DNA of 64,000 nucleotides from an uncultured Pseudomonadota bacterium (GCA_963847705.1 CAWKBC010000027.1:96001-160000), one strand, 5' to 3'. Shown: positions 21,283 through 33,376, counted from the first letter of the stretch. Notes: a model not told the origin generated them from the letters alone. Numbers and translations are program-made.

Positions 21283-22287
21283 TTAGGAATGACTGCGAAT
21301 TGCCTCGACGTGGGCCTCGATCTGAACCTGGTCCCCGACGACGACGCCGCCGACATCGAGATCCTGGTTCCACTTCAACCCAAATAGTCGCCGGTCGATG
21401 TGCCCCTTCACGGAATAGATGGCGCGCGCGGTCCCGTCGGCGCCGGCTTGCTCCTCGCGCCGGACGATCTCCAGATCGACGTCCCCTTCCGTCCCGTGCA
21501 GTTGCAGGCGCCCCCGCACGATGGGGTTGCTCCGGTCGGGCAGTCGGATCTCGGTGCTCGCGAAAACGGCGCGCGGGAACCGGGCGATGTCGAAGAACTC
21601 CGATGAGCGGACCTGTGCGTCGCGTGCGGGGTCGCCGGTGTTCACGCTATCGAGATCGACCCAGACTCGAATGCTGGAGTTGGTGGGATTGACCTCGTGC
21701 ACCGAGAGCGTCCCTCCCCAGCGTTTGAACTCTCCCTTGATCTCCTGGACCACGATGTGGCGGAGCGTCGAACGATCCGGATCGATTCTCCACTCCTGGG
21801 GTGAGGTCGGCGCCGTTGCGCCTCCACTCTTGCCCTCCGCCAGCGCTCGCCGAAGATGGGCCCCCACCACGTTCCCGAGCTGCCGGGCAGCCCAGGGATA
21901 GAGCAGGAGCTCCTCGCGGGCCGCGTGGGACCTGAGCTCCCCGACGAACGCACTCACCGTATCGAACGTAAGGCAGTGCAGGTCGAGGTCGATGGCGAGC
22001 TCTACGAGGCGGCCGCGGACTCGCGCATGCTCTGCCAGGATGTCCCGCGCTGCTGTCGGGTTCGACTTGCCGAATACGGGAAGGACGTGGACCTCTTCGG
22101 CGTTGAGATGGGCCAACAACTGGCGTTCGAACGTTCGCCAGGCGTCGCGAAGCTCGAGCGGCTCGTCACACGCCGACTCCTTGACGATCGCATCGAACAA
22201 CGCTTCGAGACGCTGGTGATCTCCACTCAGGATCGTCCGAATCGACTCTTCGAGGCCTGAAGGCTCGCTCATGTGTGGCATCGGCAT
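21283..22287 (-). CDS. Hemerythrin-like domain fused to a YceI domain
   Basis: DH..., HLNAEE, EH, HAAREE di-iron pattern, then SVNTGDPARDAQVRSSEFFD...GRLQLHG...VVVGDQV. Confidence 0.85.
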   Translation of the reverse strand: MPMPHMSEPSGLEESIRTILSGDHQRLEALFDAIVKESACDEPLELRDAWRTFERQLLAHLNAEEVHVLPVFGKSNPTAARDILAEHARVRGRLVELAIDLDLHCLTFDTVSAFVGELRSHAAREELLLYPWAARQLGNVVGAHLRRALAEGKSGGATAPTSPQEWRIDPDRSTLRHIVVQEIKGEFKRWGGTLSVHEVNPTNSSIRVWVDLDSVNTGDPARDAQVRSSEFFDIARFPRAVFASTEIRLPDRSNPIVRGRLQLHGTEGDVDLEIVRREEQAGADGTARAIYSVKGHIDRRLFGLKWNQDLDVGGVVVGDQVQIEAHVEAIRSHS

Positions 22288-22320
22288 GCTCCTGTTATCT
22301 GGCTTGGGGGTGCCATCGGC

Positions 22321-22719
22321 TCAGCGTCGCTCGAGCGTCTCGTGGAGCGCCTGCAGAGCGTCGATCGTGGTGAAGACCCCGACCACGTGCTCGTCTTCAC
22401 AGACGACGGCCGATCCGATCTTGTGTTCGATCATGGCCTCTACGACCTCAGCGATGGGTGTGTCCGGGCCGACCGTGAACACGTTCTGGACCATCGCTTC
22501 CTCGACCCGAACGTCGGTTGGGTTGACGTTCGGGAGAGATTCGACGAGGAAGAGGTCCCGTTCCGAGAGCTGTCCAACGATCCGGCCACCGTCCAGAACG
22601 GGCAGATGCCGCACTTGGTGCTGGACCATGATTCGCCGAGCCGCGGCCACAGAGCTCGTCGGTCCGATGGTGTGAGGCGTCGGCGTCATGTATTGGCGCA
22701 CGACCGGGAACTGATGCAC
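22321..22719 (-). CDS. CBS domain pair protein
   Basis: YMTPTPHTIG, VRHLPVLDGGRIVG, VVGVFTTIDAL; start codon uncertain. Confidence 0.88.
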   Translation of the reverse strand: MHQFPVVRQYMTPTPHTIGPTSSVAAARRIMVQHQVRHLPVLDGGRIVGQLSERDLFLVESLPNVNPTDVRVEEAMVQNVFTVGPDTPIAEVVEAMIEHKIGSAVVCEDEHVVGVFTTIDALQALHETLERR

Positions 22720-22803
22720 GGATTCTCGAGCTGTCGTCCTGGAGTGGGCGAACGCCGGGAACCGATCCACGGGATTTTGAGCTTTGGTCACGGAGTGGGT
22801 CAA

Positions 22804-22944
22804 CGCAACGGGAGTGCCAACCCCGGAACGCTCACCGTTCGCCGCTCGAGTGCGCAGTTCCTGCGCTTGATTCCTCTCAGGGGTGAAAGGAATGCGGGAA
22901 TTCGAAGCGCTCGTGGCCAGGCGCTGTGGGGAACGGCAGTTGCA
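22804..22944. promoter_or_regulatory. Divergent sigma54 promoters with tandem enhancer pair
   Basis: (-) TGGCACTCCCGTTGCG 22804-22819; CGCA-GTTCC-TGCG 22853-22865 and TGAA-AGGAA-TGCG 22884-22896; (+) GGGAACGGCAGTTGCA 22929-22944. Confidence 0.72.
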
Positions 22945-22976
22945 GAGCTAGCCGGCAAGCCGAAAGGAGGCTGCCC

Positions 22977-23351
22977 ATGTTCGCTCGTTCCCTCGCCATT
23001 CTGATCTCTCCCTGGTTGCCCTGCGCCGCGCTGATTCTCCCCTTTGGTCGGGCGCACACCGTCAACGCTTTCCTGGCGGGCACACTGGCCGTCGTGCTCT
23101 CCGCGTTTTCGCTGACGAGCGAAAGGGTCGGGTCGCTGGTGAGCGCAATCGGTATCTGGGTGGCCTTGACCGCCTTCATCTTCCCCTCGACGCTCCTCGA
23201 AGAGGTGGTCGTCGTCTCCTGGGGCGTTGTGGTGTTCATTTGTATGTTCGCGCCATTCCGCGAGCCGGTCGGGGCGACCGAGGTCGCGATCGTGCCCGTG
23301 ACCCAACCCGCGTTCGTCCAGACGGCAAGCGAGCTCACGCGGGCTGCGTAG
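22977..23351 (+). CDS. Small 4-TM hypothetical membrane protein (SPW-repeat-like)
   Basis: AAAGGAGG RBS; four hydrophobic segments; ISPW and IGIW motifs. Confidence 0.65.
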   Translation: MFARSLAILISPWLPCAALILPFGRAHTVNAFLAGTLAVVLSAFSLTSERVGSLVSAIGIWVALTAFIFPSTLLEEVVVVSWGVVVFICMFAPFREPVGATEVAIVPVTQPAFVQTASELTRAA

Positions 23352-23370
23352 TCGATGGGGCCCGGTCCCT

Positions 23371-23386
23371 TGGCACCGGAGGTGCA
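23371..23386 (+). promoter_or_regulatory. sigma54 -24/-12 motif upstream of the sigma factor gene
   Basis: TGGCACCGGAGGTGCA, 14 bp before the ATG. Confidence 0.7.
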
Positions 23387-23399
23387 GTCGGGGGAGGAG

Positions 23400-24113
23400 A
23401 TGATCCTCCAGCTTTTGGGAACCGAGCGGACGAGACCCTTGTCGACAGATGAGCAAGCGCGGCTCATCTCCGCTTACCGGGACACGAAGGACCCTCGGAT
23501 CGAACAGCGGCTCATCGAGACGAACCTTCGTCTGGTGGCCAAGATTGCGCACCAACTCGATCGAACAGGTGGCCGGTCTCTGGAAGACCTGTTCCAGGAA
23601 GGTTGTCTGGGGCTCGTCCAGGCGATCCGCCGCTTTGACCCGACTCGGGGAGCGCGACTCTCGACCTACGCCACGCTGTGGATCCGGGCCTTCATCTTCA
23701 AGTACGCGATGGATAACGTACGGGAGGTGAGGGTGGTGCGGACGCGAGCCGCGCGAGCGGCCGTTTTTCAGGGCTGCGTCGGCTCTACGGAAATCTCACT
23801 GGATGCACCCGCGCACCCCGATGGGGCTCCGTTCGGCGACTCCTTCGCCGATCCGGCGACGCCCGTCGATCGGCGGTTCGAGACCGCGGAGCTTGTCCGT
23901 CTGACGCGGCAATCGGTCGGGAGGCTGGAGAATCAGCTGGAGGGCCGCGACCTCATGATCCTGCAGGAGCGCCTACTGGCCGACGAACCGACCCCCTTGA
24001 GGGCGCCGGCCAAGCGTGTGTCGCTCTCGGGCGAACGGGTGCGGCAGATCGAGGGGGAGTTCCGGACGGCGATTCGCGACGATCTCGAGCCGAGGCAACG
24101 GATAGCGGCCTGA
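23400..24113 (+). CDS. sigma70-family, RpoH/sigma32-like sigma factor with short region 3
   Basis: NLRLVAKIA, DLFQEGCLGL, FDPTRGARLSTYATLWIRA, ISLDAP, SGERVRQIE. Confidence 0.88.
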   Translation: MILQLLGTERTRPLSTDEQARLISAYRDTKDPRIEQRLIETNLRLVAKIAHQLDRTGGRSLEDLFQEGCLGLVQAIRRFDPTRGARLSTYATLWIRAFIFKYAMDNVREVRVVRTRAARAAVFQGCVGSTEISLDAPAHPDGAPFGDSFADPATPVDRRFETAELVRLTRQSVGRLENQLEGRDLMILQERLLADEPTPLRAPAKRVSLSGERVRQIEGEFRTAIRDDLEPRQRIAA

Positions 24114-24120
24114 GGCTCGC

Positions 24121-25722
24121 ATGTCGGATTCCTGGCCCGATATCGTCCACGATCTTTTGAGGCCCGAGGCGTATGGGTTGGCCTCGGGGGAGGTCACGCT
24201 GCGGACGACCCATGCCTCCTGGGTCTTCCTGACCGAGCGCGACGTCTGGAAGCTGAAACGCCCGGTGGACCTCGGCTTTCTCGATTTTCGGGACGTCGAG
24301 TCCCGCCATCAGGCCTGCGAGGACGAGGTCAGGCTGAATCGACGGCTGGCGCCAGATGTCTATCTCGGGGTCGAGCCCGTTCACCGGACCGCCCGCGGCC
24401 ATGCACTCTCGGGCGGTGGCCCGGTCGTCGACTGGGCTGTCCACATGCGGCGACTGCCCGACACCGCAAGTGCGGCCTCGCTTTTGGAACAGGGGCGCCT
24501 CGACGCCAGGTCACTTGGGACGGTCGCCGTGCGCCTCGCCGACTTTCTGCGGGGGGCCCGGCCGGCCCCTGACTTCGGCAAGATCGCCACGCTCGGTCGG
24601 AACCTGGACGAGAACTTTGCCCAAGTCGCCCCCTTCGTCGGGGATCTCCTCGATCAGGAGACCTTCGACGACGTCCAGGCCTTCCAGCGGGAGGAGCTGA
24701 CCCGGAACGCAGCGCGGTTCGTGGAGCGCGTCGCGGAGAATCGCGTGCGCGAAGGACATGGCGATCTTCGCCTGGAGCACGTCTATCTTCTTCCTACGAA
24801 AGAGGGCCCGCCGCAGCCTGTGGTCATCGACTGTATCGAGTTCGCGGAGCGCTTCCGTTGCGGAGATTCGGCAGCCGAGCTGGCTTTTCTTTCCATGGAG
24901 TTAGAATCGGCGGGCCGTCCGGATCTGGCGGCCGGTTTCCTGGCCCGCTATGCCGAGGCCAGCGACGATTTTGGGCTCTACGGCGTCCTCGATTTCTATC
25001 TCTCCTATCGGGCGTGGGTTCGGGGCAAGGTGGCGGCGTTCGTGGCAGTCGATCCGTCGACTCCATCCGCGCGACGCGCTTCGAAACGGGAGGAGGCTCG
25101 CCGCCTCTTCGGGCTCGCCCGCTCCTTTTCGGGCTCGCCGCTCGACCGGCCGTTTCTGATCGCCGTGGGCGGTTTGATCGGAAGCGGCAAGAGCACGCTC
25201 GCCGCCGAGCTCGGGCGGGAGCTGGCCGCCCCGGTGGTCAGCTCCGATCGCACACGCAAGCTGTCGGCGGGCCTGCCGCTGACCAGCCGCGCGGATACCA
25301 AGCTTTACGAGGAAAGCGAGCGGGAGCGGACATACGGAGAAATCATTCGCCGCGCCAGCCGGGTCGTCGACTCGGGTCGTGGGGTCATTCTGGACGCGAC
25401 CTTTTCGACCCACCGCTGGCGCCAACTTGCCGCGGACGCCGCGCACGCCGCGCAGGCGACCTTCGTCTTCCTGGAGGCACGTTGCCGCCCGGACCTACTT
25501 CACGGACGGCTGGCCCAGCGCCGCGAGAAACCGTCCGTCTCGGACGCGACCGAGGCGTTGCTCGAGTCATTTTTGCGAGAATACGAGCCCCTGACCTCGC
25601 GCGATCCCCAGTCGCGCTTCGTGGTCGAGACGGACAGGACCCCAGAGACGGCCACCGGAGATGCGCTGCGGCAGCTGGCGGCGATGGGGATTCTCGCGGC
25701 AGGGGCACGGCGCGCCTCCTGA
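24121..25722 (+). CDS. APH-like kinase fold fused to a P-loop AAA/gluconate-kinase-like domain (Rv2004c-like)
   Basis: THASWVFL, KLKRPVDLGFLDF, EGHGDLRLEH, IDCIEF, GLIGSGKST, SSDRTRK, ILDATF. Confidence 0.9.
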   Translation: MSDSWPDIVHDLLRPEAYGLASGEVTLRTTHASWVFLTERDVWKLKRPVDLGFLDFRDVESRHQACEDEVRLNRRLAPDVYLGVEPVHRTARGHALSGGGPVVDWAVHMRRLPDTASAASLLEQGRLDARSLGTVAVRLADFLRGARPAPDFGKIATLGRNLDENFAQVAPFVGDLLDQETFDDVQAFQREELTRNAARFVERVAENRVREGHGDLRLEHVYLLPTKEGPPQPVVIDCIEFAERFRCGDSAAELAFLSMELESAGRPDLAAGFLARYAEASDDFGLYGVLDFYLSYRAWVRGKVAAFVAVDPSTPSARRASKREEARRLFGLARSFSGSPLDRPFLIAVGGLIGSGKSTLAAELGRELAAPVVSSDRTRKLSAGLPLTSRADTKLYEESERERTYGEIIRRASRVVDSGRGVILDATFSTHRWRQLAADAAHAAQATFVFLEARCRPDLLHGRLAQRREKPSVSDATEALLESFLREYEPLTSRDPQSRFVVETDRTPETATGDALRQLAAMGILAAGARRAS

Positions 25723-25733
25723 GCCGGAATTCG

Positions 25734-25855
25734 CGCAGATTGTGCGCGCGGCTCCCCCGATGGCGCATTCCCTGCAGCCAATGTGTGAGAGGACACTCGT
25801 CGCCCGCCGCCACCCGGCGTCACTCGCCGTCTTGGGCGCTGGTCCGGTCGTTGCA
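25734..25855 (+). promoter_or_regulatory. Tandem enhancer pair and sigma54 promoter of the USP-activator-USP operon
   Basis: CGCA-GATTG-TGCG 25734-25746, CGCA-TTCCC-TGCA 25764-25776; TGGTCCGGTCGTTGCA 25840-25855. Confidence 0.72.
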
Positions 25856-25867
25856 CTCTAGGCCGGC

Positions 25868-26317
25868 ATGACAAGCGCAGTGAGAAGGATTCTGGTCGCC
25901 ACGGACTTTTCCGATGGGAGCGATGAGGTCATCGCCCAGGCGATCGAGCTGGGCAAGCAGACCAACGCTGTCGTGGAGGTCGTTTATGTCAGAGAGGTCG
26001 GCGGCGGCGACTCCGCGTTCGGACCCCTCTATCCAGATGACGCCACCGGCGTCACCGCCCGCGTCGATCTCGAGCTCGCGCGGTGCCGCGATCGCGTGAC
26101 CGCTGCGGGGCTGCAGTGCCACTATCGATGTCTCGACGGGAGCGCGGCCAACGAGATTGTCTACCGTGCCGAGGAAACGAAGGCCGACCTCATCGTCATC
26201 GGCACGCACGGTTGGCGCGGGCTCACCCACGCGGTGCTGGGGAGCGTGGCCGAACGGGTGGTGCAGCACGCGACCTGCCCGGTCCTCTCGGTTCCCATCT
26301 CCAAGAACGCCGCGTAG
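25868..26317 (+). CDS. Universal stress protein
   Basis: ILVATDFS...DLIVIGTHG...LGSVAERVV...CPVL. Confidence 0.95.
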   Translation: MTSAVRRILVATDFSDGSDEVIAQAIELGKQTNAVVEVVYVREVGGGDSAFGPLYPDDATGVTARVDLELARCRDRVTAAGLQCHYRCLDGSAANEIVYRAEETKADLIVIGTHGWRGLTHAVLGSVAERVVQHATCPVLSVPISKNAA

Positions 26318-26324
26318 GCGTACC

Positions 26325-27776
26325 ATGGCCGACGTCAATCAAGCAGTCGCACCTTCGTCCCCGAGAGGAGCTCCCCGCACCGTGGAAAACAAAGGAAGAA
26401 TTCTGGTCGTCGACGACGAGGTGAACGCGCGGACGGCGCTCCTAGAGCTTCTCCGAGACGAAGGGTACGTGGTCGAGTCCGCGGCGGATGCCTTCAAGGC
26501 GCTGGGGAAGGTGGCCGATTTCGCGCCCGACCTCGTGCTGACCGATCTCAAGATGCCCGGCATGGACGGCCTGCAACTCCTCGCCAAGCTGCGCGAAACC
26601 GACGCCGACCTTCCGGTGATCGTGATGACCGCCTTCGGCGAGGTCGAAACGGCCGTCCGGGCCATGCGTTCGGGAGCGCGTGACTACCTGGCCAAGCCGG
26701 TGAACGTTGGCGAGCTCTCTGTCGTCGTGGCGCGCGAGCTGGAGCAGCGTCGCCTGCGGGCGGAGACCGGCCTTCTGCGGGCGCGCCTCGCCGAAAAGTA
26801 CAGCTTCGACAACATCATCGGCAGCTCGGCGCCGATGCAGGCCGTGTTCAAGACGGTGGCTCAGATCGCGCCGTCCCGGGCCAGTGTCCTCATCACGGGT
26901 GAGTCCGGCACGGGCAAGGAGCTCATCGCTGCCGCCATCCACGAGCACAGTCCTCGGGCCAAGGGGCCATTCGTCAAGCTCCACTGCGCCGCTTTGGCCG
27001 AGTCGATCCTGGAGAGCGAGCTCTTCGGGCACGAGAAGGGATCGTTCACCGGGGCGCAAACCCGCCGAGACGGGCGGTTCCAACAGGCCAACCACGGAAC
27101 GCTGTTCCTGGACGAGATCGGCGAGATCGCGCCGTCCGTCCAGGTGAAGTTGCTTCGCTTTCTGCAGGAGCGGGAGTTCGAGCGGGTGGGCGGAAATGAG
27201 ACCGTCAGCGTCGACGTGCGGGTCATCGCCGCCACCAACAGGAACCTCCAGCGGATGGTGGAGGAGGGGAAGTTCCGCGAGGATCTGTTCTACCGCCTGA
27301 ACGTCATCAGCCTGGAGATGCCGGCCCTTCGGGCCCGTCCTTCCGATACGACGCTGCTGGCCTCCTACTTTCTCCGCAAGTACGCCACCGAGAACGGAAA
27401 GGAGCTTCGGGGTTTCAGCTCCGAGGCGCTCGAGCACATGGCCGCCTACAACTGGCCAGGCAACGTCCGCGAGCTCGAGAACGTCGTCGAACGGGCTGTC
27501 GTGCTGGCTCAGTCGGCGGAGGTGACGCTTGCAGACCTGCCGCCGCAGCTGGCGACCGCCAAGCCGCGGGAAGGCCTTCAGATCCCTGGCGCGACGATGG
27601 ATGAAATCGAGCGCTACGCCATCACCAAGACGCTGGAATCGACCGGCGGCTCGACCAGCCGCGCCGCCGAGATCCTCAACATCAGCGTTCGCAAGATTCA
27701 GTACAAGCTCCACGAATTCGAAAGCGCCCCCAAGTCAGCGCTGCCGTCCGTGCGCGACGGGGAGCCGGAATCATGA
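26325..27776 (+). CDS. sigma54-dependent NtrC-family response regulator (NmpR-like)
   Basis: REC (LTDLKMPGMDG), GESGTGKE, ELFGHEKGSFTGA (GAFTGA variant), LFLDEIG, WPGNVRELEN, Fis-type HTH. Start may be the GTG near 26382. Confidence 0.95.
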   Translation: MADVNQAVAPSSPRGAPRTVENKGRILVVDDEVNARTALLELLRDEGYVVESAADAFKALGKVADFAPDLVLTDLKMPGMDGLQLLAKLRETDADLPVIVMTAFGEVETAVRAMRSGARDYLAKPVNVGELSVVVARELEQRRLRAETGLLRARLAEKYSFDNIIGSSAPMQAVFKTVAQIAPSRASVLITGESGTGKELIAAAIHEHSPRAKGPFVKLHCAALAESILESELFGHEKGSFTGAQTRRDGRFQQANHGTLFLDEIGEIAPSVQVKLLRFLQEREFERVGGNETVSVDVRVIAATNRNLQRMVEEGKFREDLFYRLNVISLEMPALRARPSDTTLLASYFLRKYATENGKELRGFSSEALEHMAAYNWPGNVRELENVVERAVVLAQSAEVTLADLPPQLATAKPREGLQIPGATMDEIERYAITKTLESTGGSTSRAAEILNISVRKIQYKLHEFESAPKSALPSVRDGEPES

Positions 27777-28201
27777 GTATCAACTCCATCCTGGTCGGCG
27801 TGGACGGAAGCGAGGGTTCGCGGCGGGCGCTCAGCTTCGCCGGAGACCTCGCCGGGGCGTTCGGCGCGCGCTTGACGCTTCTTCACGTGATTGAGCCCTT
27901 CCCGGTTGGCGGCATGCTCGGCAACTTTGAGCCTCCGCTGTCGGAGCGGTACTCGCAGCAGATGCAGGCAGCCAATGTGTTCCTCGACAGGCTCGTCGAC
28001 GAGCTCTCCCTCGGCGACGCCGAGAAGACCATCGAGATGGGTCATCCGGGTGAAGTGATCTGTCACGAGGCGGCCGAGCGGGACGTCGACCTGATCGTCG
28101 TCGGGTGGCACGGACACCGTCCCGGGACCCGCCTTCTGATCGGCTCGATTGGCGCGCATGTCTTGGCGGCTGCGAACCGATCGGTGACAGTCGTCCACTA
28201 G
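27773..28201 (+). CDS. Universal stress protein
   Basis: ILVGVDGSEGS...DLIVVG...IGSIG. Confidence 0.92.
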   Translation: MSINSILVGVDGSEGSRRALSFAGDLAGAFGARLTLLHVIEPFPVGGMLGNFEPPLSERYSQQMQAANVFLDRLVDELSLGDAEKTIEMGHPGEVICHEAAERDVDLIVVGWHGHRPGTRLLIGSIGAHVLAAANRSVTVVH

Positions 28202-28207
28202 CTCTGT

Positions 28208-29605
28208 CTACACGCTGCGACTGAGGGGAAGCGTGAACGTGAAGCAGGTCTGGCCGGGCCGCGACGCGACGGTGATGGTGCCGCGATGGTCAGCCACGAT
28301 CCGGTGGACCAAGGCAAGACCGAGGCCGGTCCCCTGATCCTTGGTGGTGAAGAAGGCGTCGAAGACCGGTAGCTGGTCAGGAAATCCGGGGCCGTCGTCC
28401 TCGACGTCGATCTCGAGGAGATCTTCGCGACCGCGGGCCCGGAGGGTCAGAGTGCCTCCATGTTCCTGCATGGACTCCACCGCGTTGCGGGTCAGGTTGA
28501 GCAAAACCTGACGCAGACGCTCCGCATCGCCAGCCGCCCGAGGAAGCGCCGGGTCTGCTTCCACCTTCACGGCGATCCGCGCGGCCTCGGCTTCCGGCGC
28601 AATCAATTCGACGGTGCCTGCGAGCAGCTGCGAGAGATCCACCGGTCGCGGGTCGAGCGGCGTCGGCTTCGCAAAGGCCAGGAACTCCCGGACGAGCCGC
28701 TCCAGCCGGTCGATTTCACTCTTGATGATTCGAGTAATCGATGTGGCCCGGTCCCCGGTCTCCCCCCGTTCCAATCGGCGCTCGAGGACGGCGAGCTGAA
28801 GCGAGGCGGAGTTCAGCGGATTGCGAACCTCATGAGCCAGCCCAGCAGCCATCGTCCCGACCGCTGCCAGACGTTCCGCACGCATTGTCCGGAGCAACAT
28901 CTCCTGCTCGTCCGTCACGTCGATTCCGACGGCGTAGACGAGCGGGGCGCCGTCCGCCTCGGGGACCTCCGCGCGGCTCCATCGGACCTTGCGTGCGCCC
29001 CCTGCCTTCAGCGGAAGATCATGAGGACGTTCGTCCGAGCCGACCAACGCGGATCCCTCGGTTCCCAGCATTTCGCCGCGTGAGTAACCGGTCACGCGCT
29101 CGAGCTGACGATTCCAGGTCGAAATCCGCCCGCGTTCATCGAGAGCCAAAACGAAGGCCGGCACCGACTCGATGAGCTCGCGATGGCGGCGCTCCGAGCG
29201 CTCGAGGTCGAGGCGCAGATGTTCCCGGTCGCGATAAAGGCCCGATTGCTCGAGCGCCCGCCGGACGGTGTCCAACAGATCCGGTGGGGAAACGGGTTTG
29301 AGTACATAGGCGAAGGCGTCCCCGCGCACCGCCGCGATCGCACCTTCGAGGGTGGCGTTTCCGGTGACCAGCACCAGCTGGATGAAATGGGAACGCGCCC
29401 GCAGCGGCTCCAAAAGAGACATCCCGTCTCCATCCGGCAGGCGCACATCGATCAGCGCCACGTCGAAGTCCCGCTCGTTCACGAGCTCGAGCGCGGTCTT
29501 GCGATCCCGCGCGATGGCTGTCTCGACGCCCAGGCTCTCGACGATCTCGGCGACATTCTCTGCCAGCGCCTCGTCGTCATCGACGACCAGCACGTTTCCG
29601 TTCAT
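28208..29605 (-). CDS. Hybrid REC-PAS-histidine kinase (NmpS-like)
   Basis: N-terminal REC (LIDVRLPDGDG), PAS (WNRQLERVTGYS), AHEVRNPL, DDGPG, GTGLGL. Confidence 0.92.
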   Translation of the reverse strand: MNGNVLVVDDDEALAENVAEIVESLGVETAIARDRKTALELVNERDFDVALIDVRLPDGDGMSLLEPLRARSHFIQLVLVTGNATLEGAIAAVRGDAFAYVLKPVSPPDLLDTVRRALEQSGLYRDREHLRLDLERSERRHRELIESVPAFVLALDERGRISTWNRQLERVTGYSRGEMLGTEGSALVGSDERPHDLPLKAGGARKVRWSRAEVPEADGAPLVYAVGIDVTDEQEMLLRTMRAERLAAVGTMAAGLAHEVRNPLNSASLQLAVLERRLERGETGDRATSITRIIKSEIDRLERLVREFLAFAKPTPLDPRPVDLSQLLAGTVELIAPEAEAARIAVKVEADPALPRAAGDAERLRQVLLNLTRNAVESMQEHGGTLTLRARGREDLLEIDVEDDGPGFPDQLPVFDAFFTTKDQGTGLGLALVHRIVADHRGTITVASRPGQTCFTFTLPLSRSV

Positions 29606-30783
29606 GCGGTCATGTTAGCCGCGATGGGGGCGGTGGGGAGAACGAGAACGAAGGCAGCGCCCTTATCGCTGGGGGCGAGCTGGATGCTGCCGCCGTGGGC
29701 CTCGGCGATGCGGCGGCAGAGCGCCAACCCGAGGCCGCTCCCCTTTGCCTTGGTCGTGAACAGCGCCTCGAAGATCCGATGACGGACCTCGACGGGGATG
29801 CCGGGGCCATCGTCGTGGACCCGGATCGAGGCTGCGCCGGCCGAAGGCACGGCCTCCGCCGCGACCTCGATGCGGCCACCCTGGGGCATCGCTTGGGCTG
29901 CGTTCGTGAACAGGTTGACCAGCACCTGCTGGATTTGATCGGGATCCACGTGAACCGCCAGGTCGTCGGGCAGGGCCGTCAGTGTGACCCGAACCAACGG
30001 CGGAAGAAGGGCCGTCGCGGTCGCGCTCTCGACCAGTTGGCGGAGATCTGTGGGAAGACGGCGCGGCGGTCGATTGCGTGCGAGGTCGAGAAGATCGTGA
30101 ATGGTCTTGTTCGCGCGGACGACCTCGCCGCCGATGCGATCGAGATGCTTGGCGACGTTGGGGAGGGATGCCGCGTCCTGTCCCAGGTGCTGGCGCAGGA
30201 GAAACAACGATGACTCGATGACGCCGAGGGGATTTCGAAGCTCGTGGCCGATCCCGGCGGCGAACTGGCCGATGGTGGCCAGACGCTCGGCGTTGCGGTT
30301 CTTCACGACGAGGTCTTCACGATAGGTCTCCAGCATGATCGCCAGCTCGAGGTCGAGGATCTGGTGGAGGGCCGTGGAGGCCCTCCGCAGAGCAGCGGGA
30401 TCGTCGACCAGCCGTTCGCGCACGACGTCGAGCAGGTGCACCCGGATGCGGTTCATCGCCGTGAACATGAATCCCTGCGGCAGATCGATGCGGACGTGGA
30501 CGCGGCCGATCCGCGCCCGCATTTGATAGTAGGCCTCGTCGTGTGGTCCGAGGAGCATGGTCTCCAGCCAGCGAACGAGCGTCTGTTTCAGCCGCTCGAC
30601 TTGAGCGGGCCCGCCCGTGATGGCTGCACGCGCGCTCGGGTGAGCCTCGATGGCGGAGTAAAAATCGTCGACGATCGACACGAACGACGGCTGCGCGATG
30701 GGGTGCAGCTCCCGGAGCGCAGCCGATGAAGCTTCTGTGAAGCCGACATACTGCTTGAGACTCTCGAAGAACGTGAGTGGCAT
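29602..30783 (-). CDS. Globin-coupled histidine kinase, copy 1 (AfGcHK/NmpU-like)
   Basis: Sensor globin LKQYVGF...DDFY...RIGRVHVRIDLPQ...LDLELAIMLETY, then GHELRNPL and HATPase. Confidence 0.93.
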   Translation of the reverse strand: MPLTFFESLKQYVGFTEASSAALRELHPIAQPSFVSIVDDFYSAIEAHPSARAAITGGPAQVERLKQTLVRWLETMLLGPHDEAYYQMRARIGRVHVRIDLPQGFMFTAMNRIRVHLLDVVRERLVDDPAALRRASTALHQILDLELAIMLETYREDLVVKNRNAERLATIGQFAAGIGHELRNPLGVIESSLFLLRQHLGQDAASLPNVAKHLDRIGGEVVRANKTIHDLLDLARNRPPRRLPTDLRQLVESATATALLPPLVRVTLTALPDDLAVHVDPDQIQQVLVNLFTNAAQAMPQGGRIEVAAEAVPSAGAASIRVHDDGPGIPVEVRHRIFEALFTTKAKGSGLGLALCRRIAEAHGGSIQLAPSDKGAAFVLVLPTAPIAANMTA

Positions 30784-30807
30784 GGTCCGAACCGCCTGCG
30801 AGTCCAG

Positions 30808-33228
<2,421 letters not shown>

Positions 33229-33257
33229 GGGATTTCCTTCCTTCTGACCAGGGATAA

Positions 33258-33369
33258 AGCACGTGGCGTGCCGGCCGCCGTTCGAGCTGCACTCTCGAAA
33301 CTCCGGCGACGACCTCACTGGGGCTGCGCAAAAAGTGCGGTCACCACCGAGGGGCCCGCAATCCTGACG
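33258..33369 (-). promoter_or_regulatory. sigma54 promoter of ppsA with tandem enhancer pair
   Basis: CGGCACGCCACGTGCT 33258-33273; CGCA-AAAAG-TGCG 33327-33339 and CGCA-ATCCT-GACG 33357-33369. Confidence 0.75.
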
Positions 33370-33376
33370 CGGAGGC

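Noticed and set aside
24121-25722. Aminoglycoside resistance gene
   Set aside because: The APH-like fold is fused to a P-loop domain as in Rv2004c-type stress proteins; resistance is not supported by the sequence.
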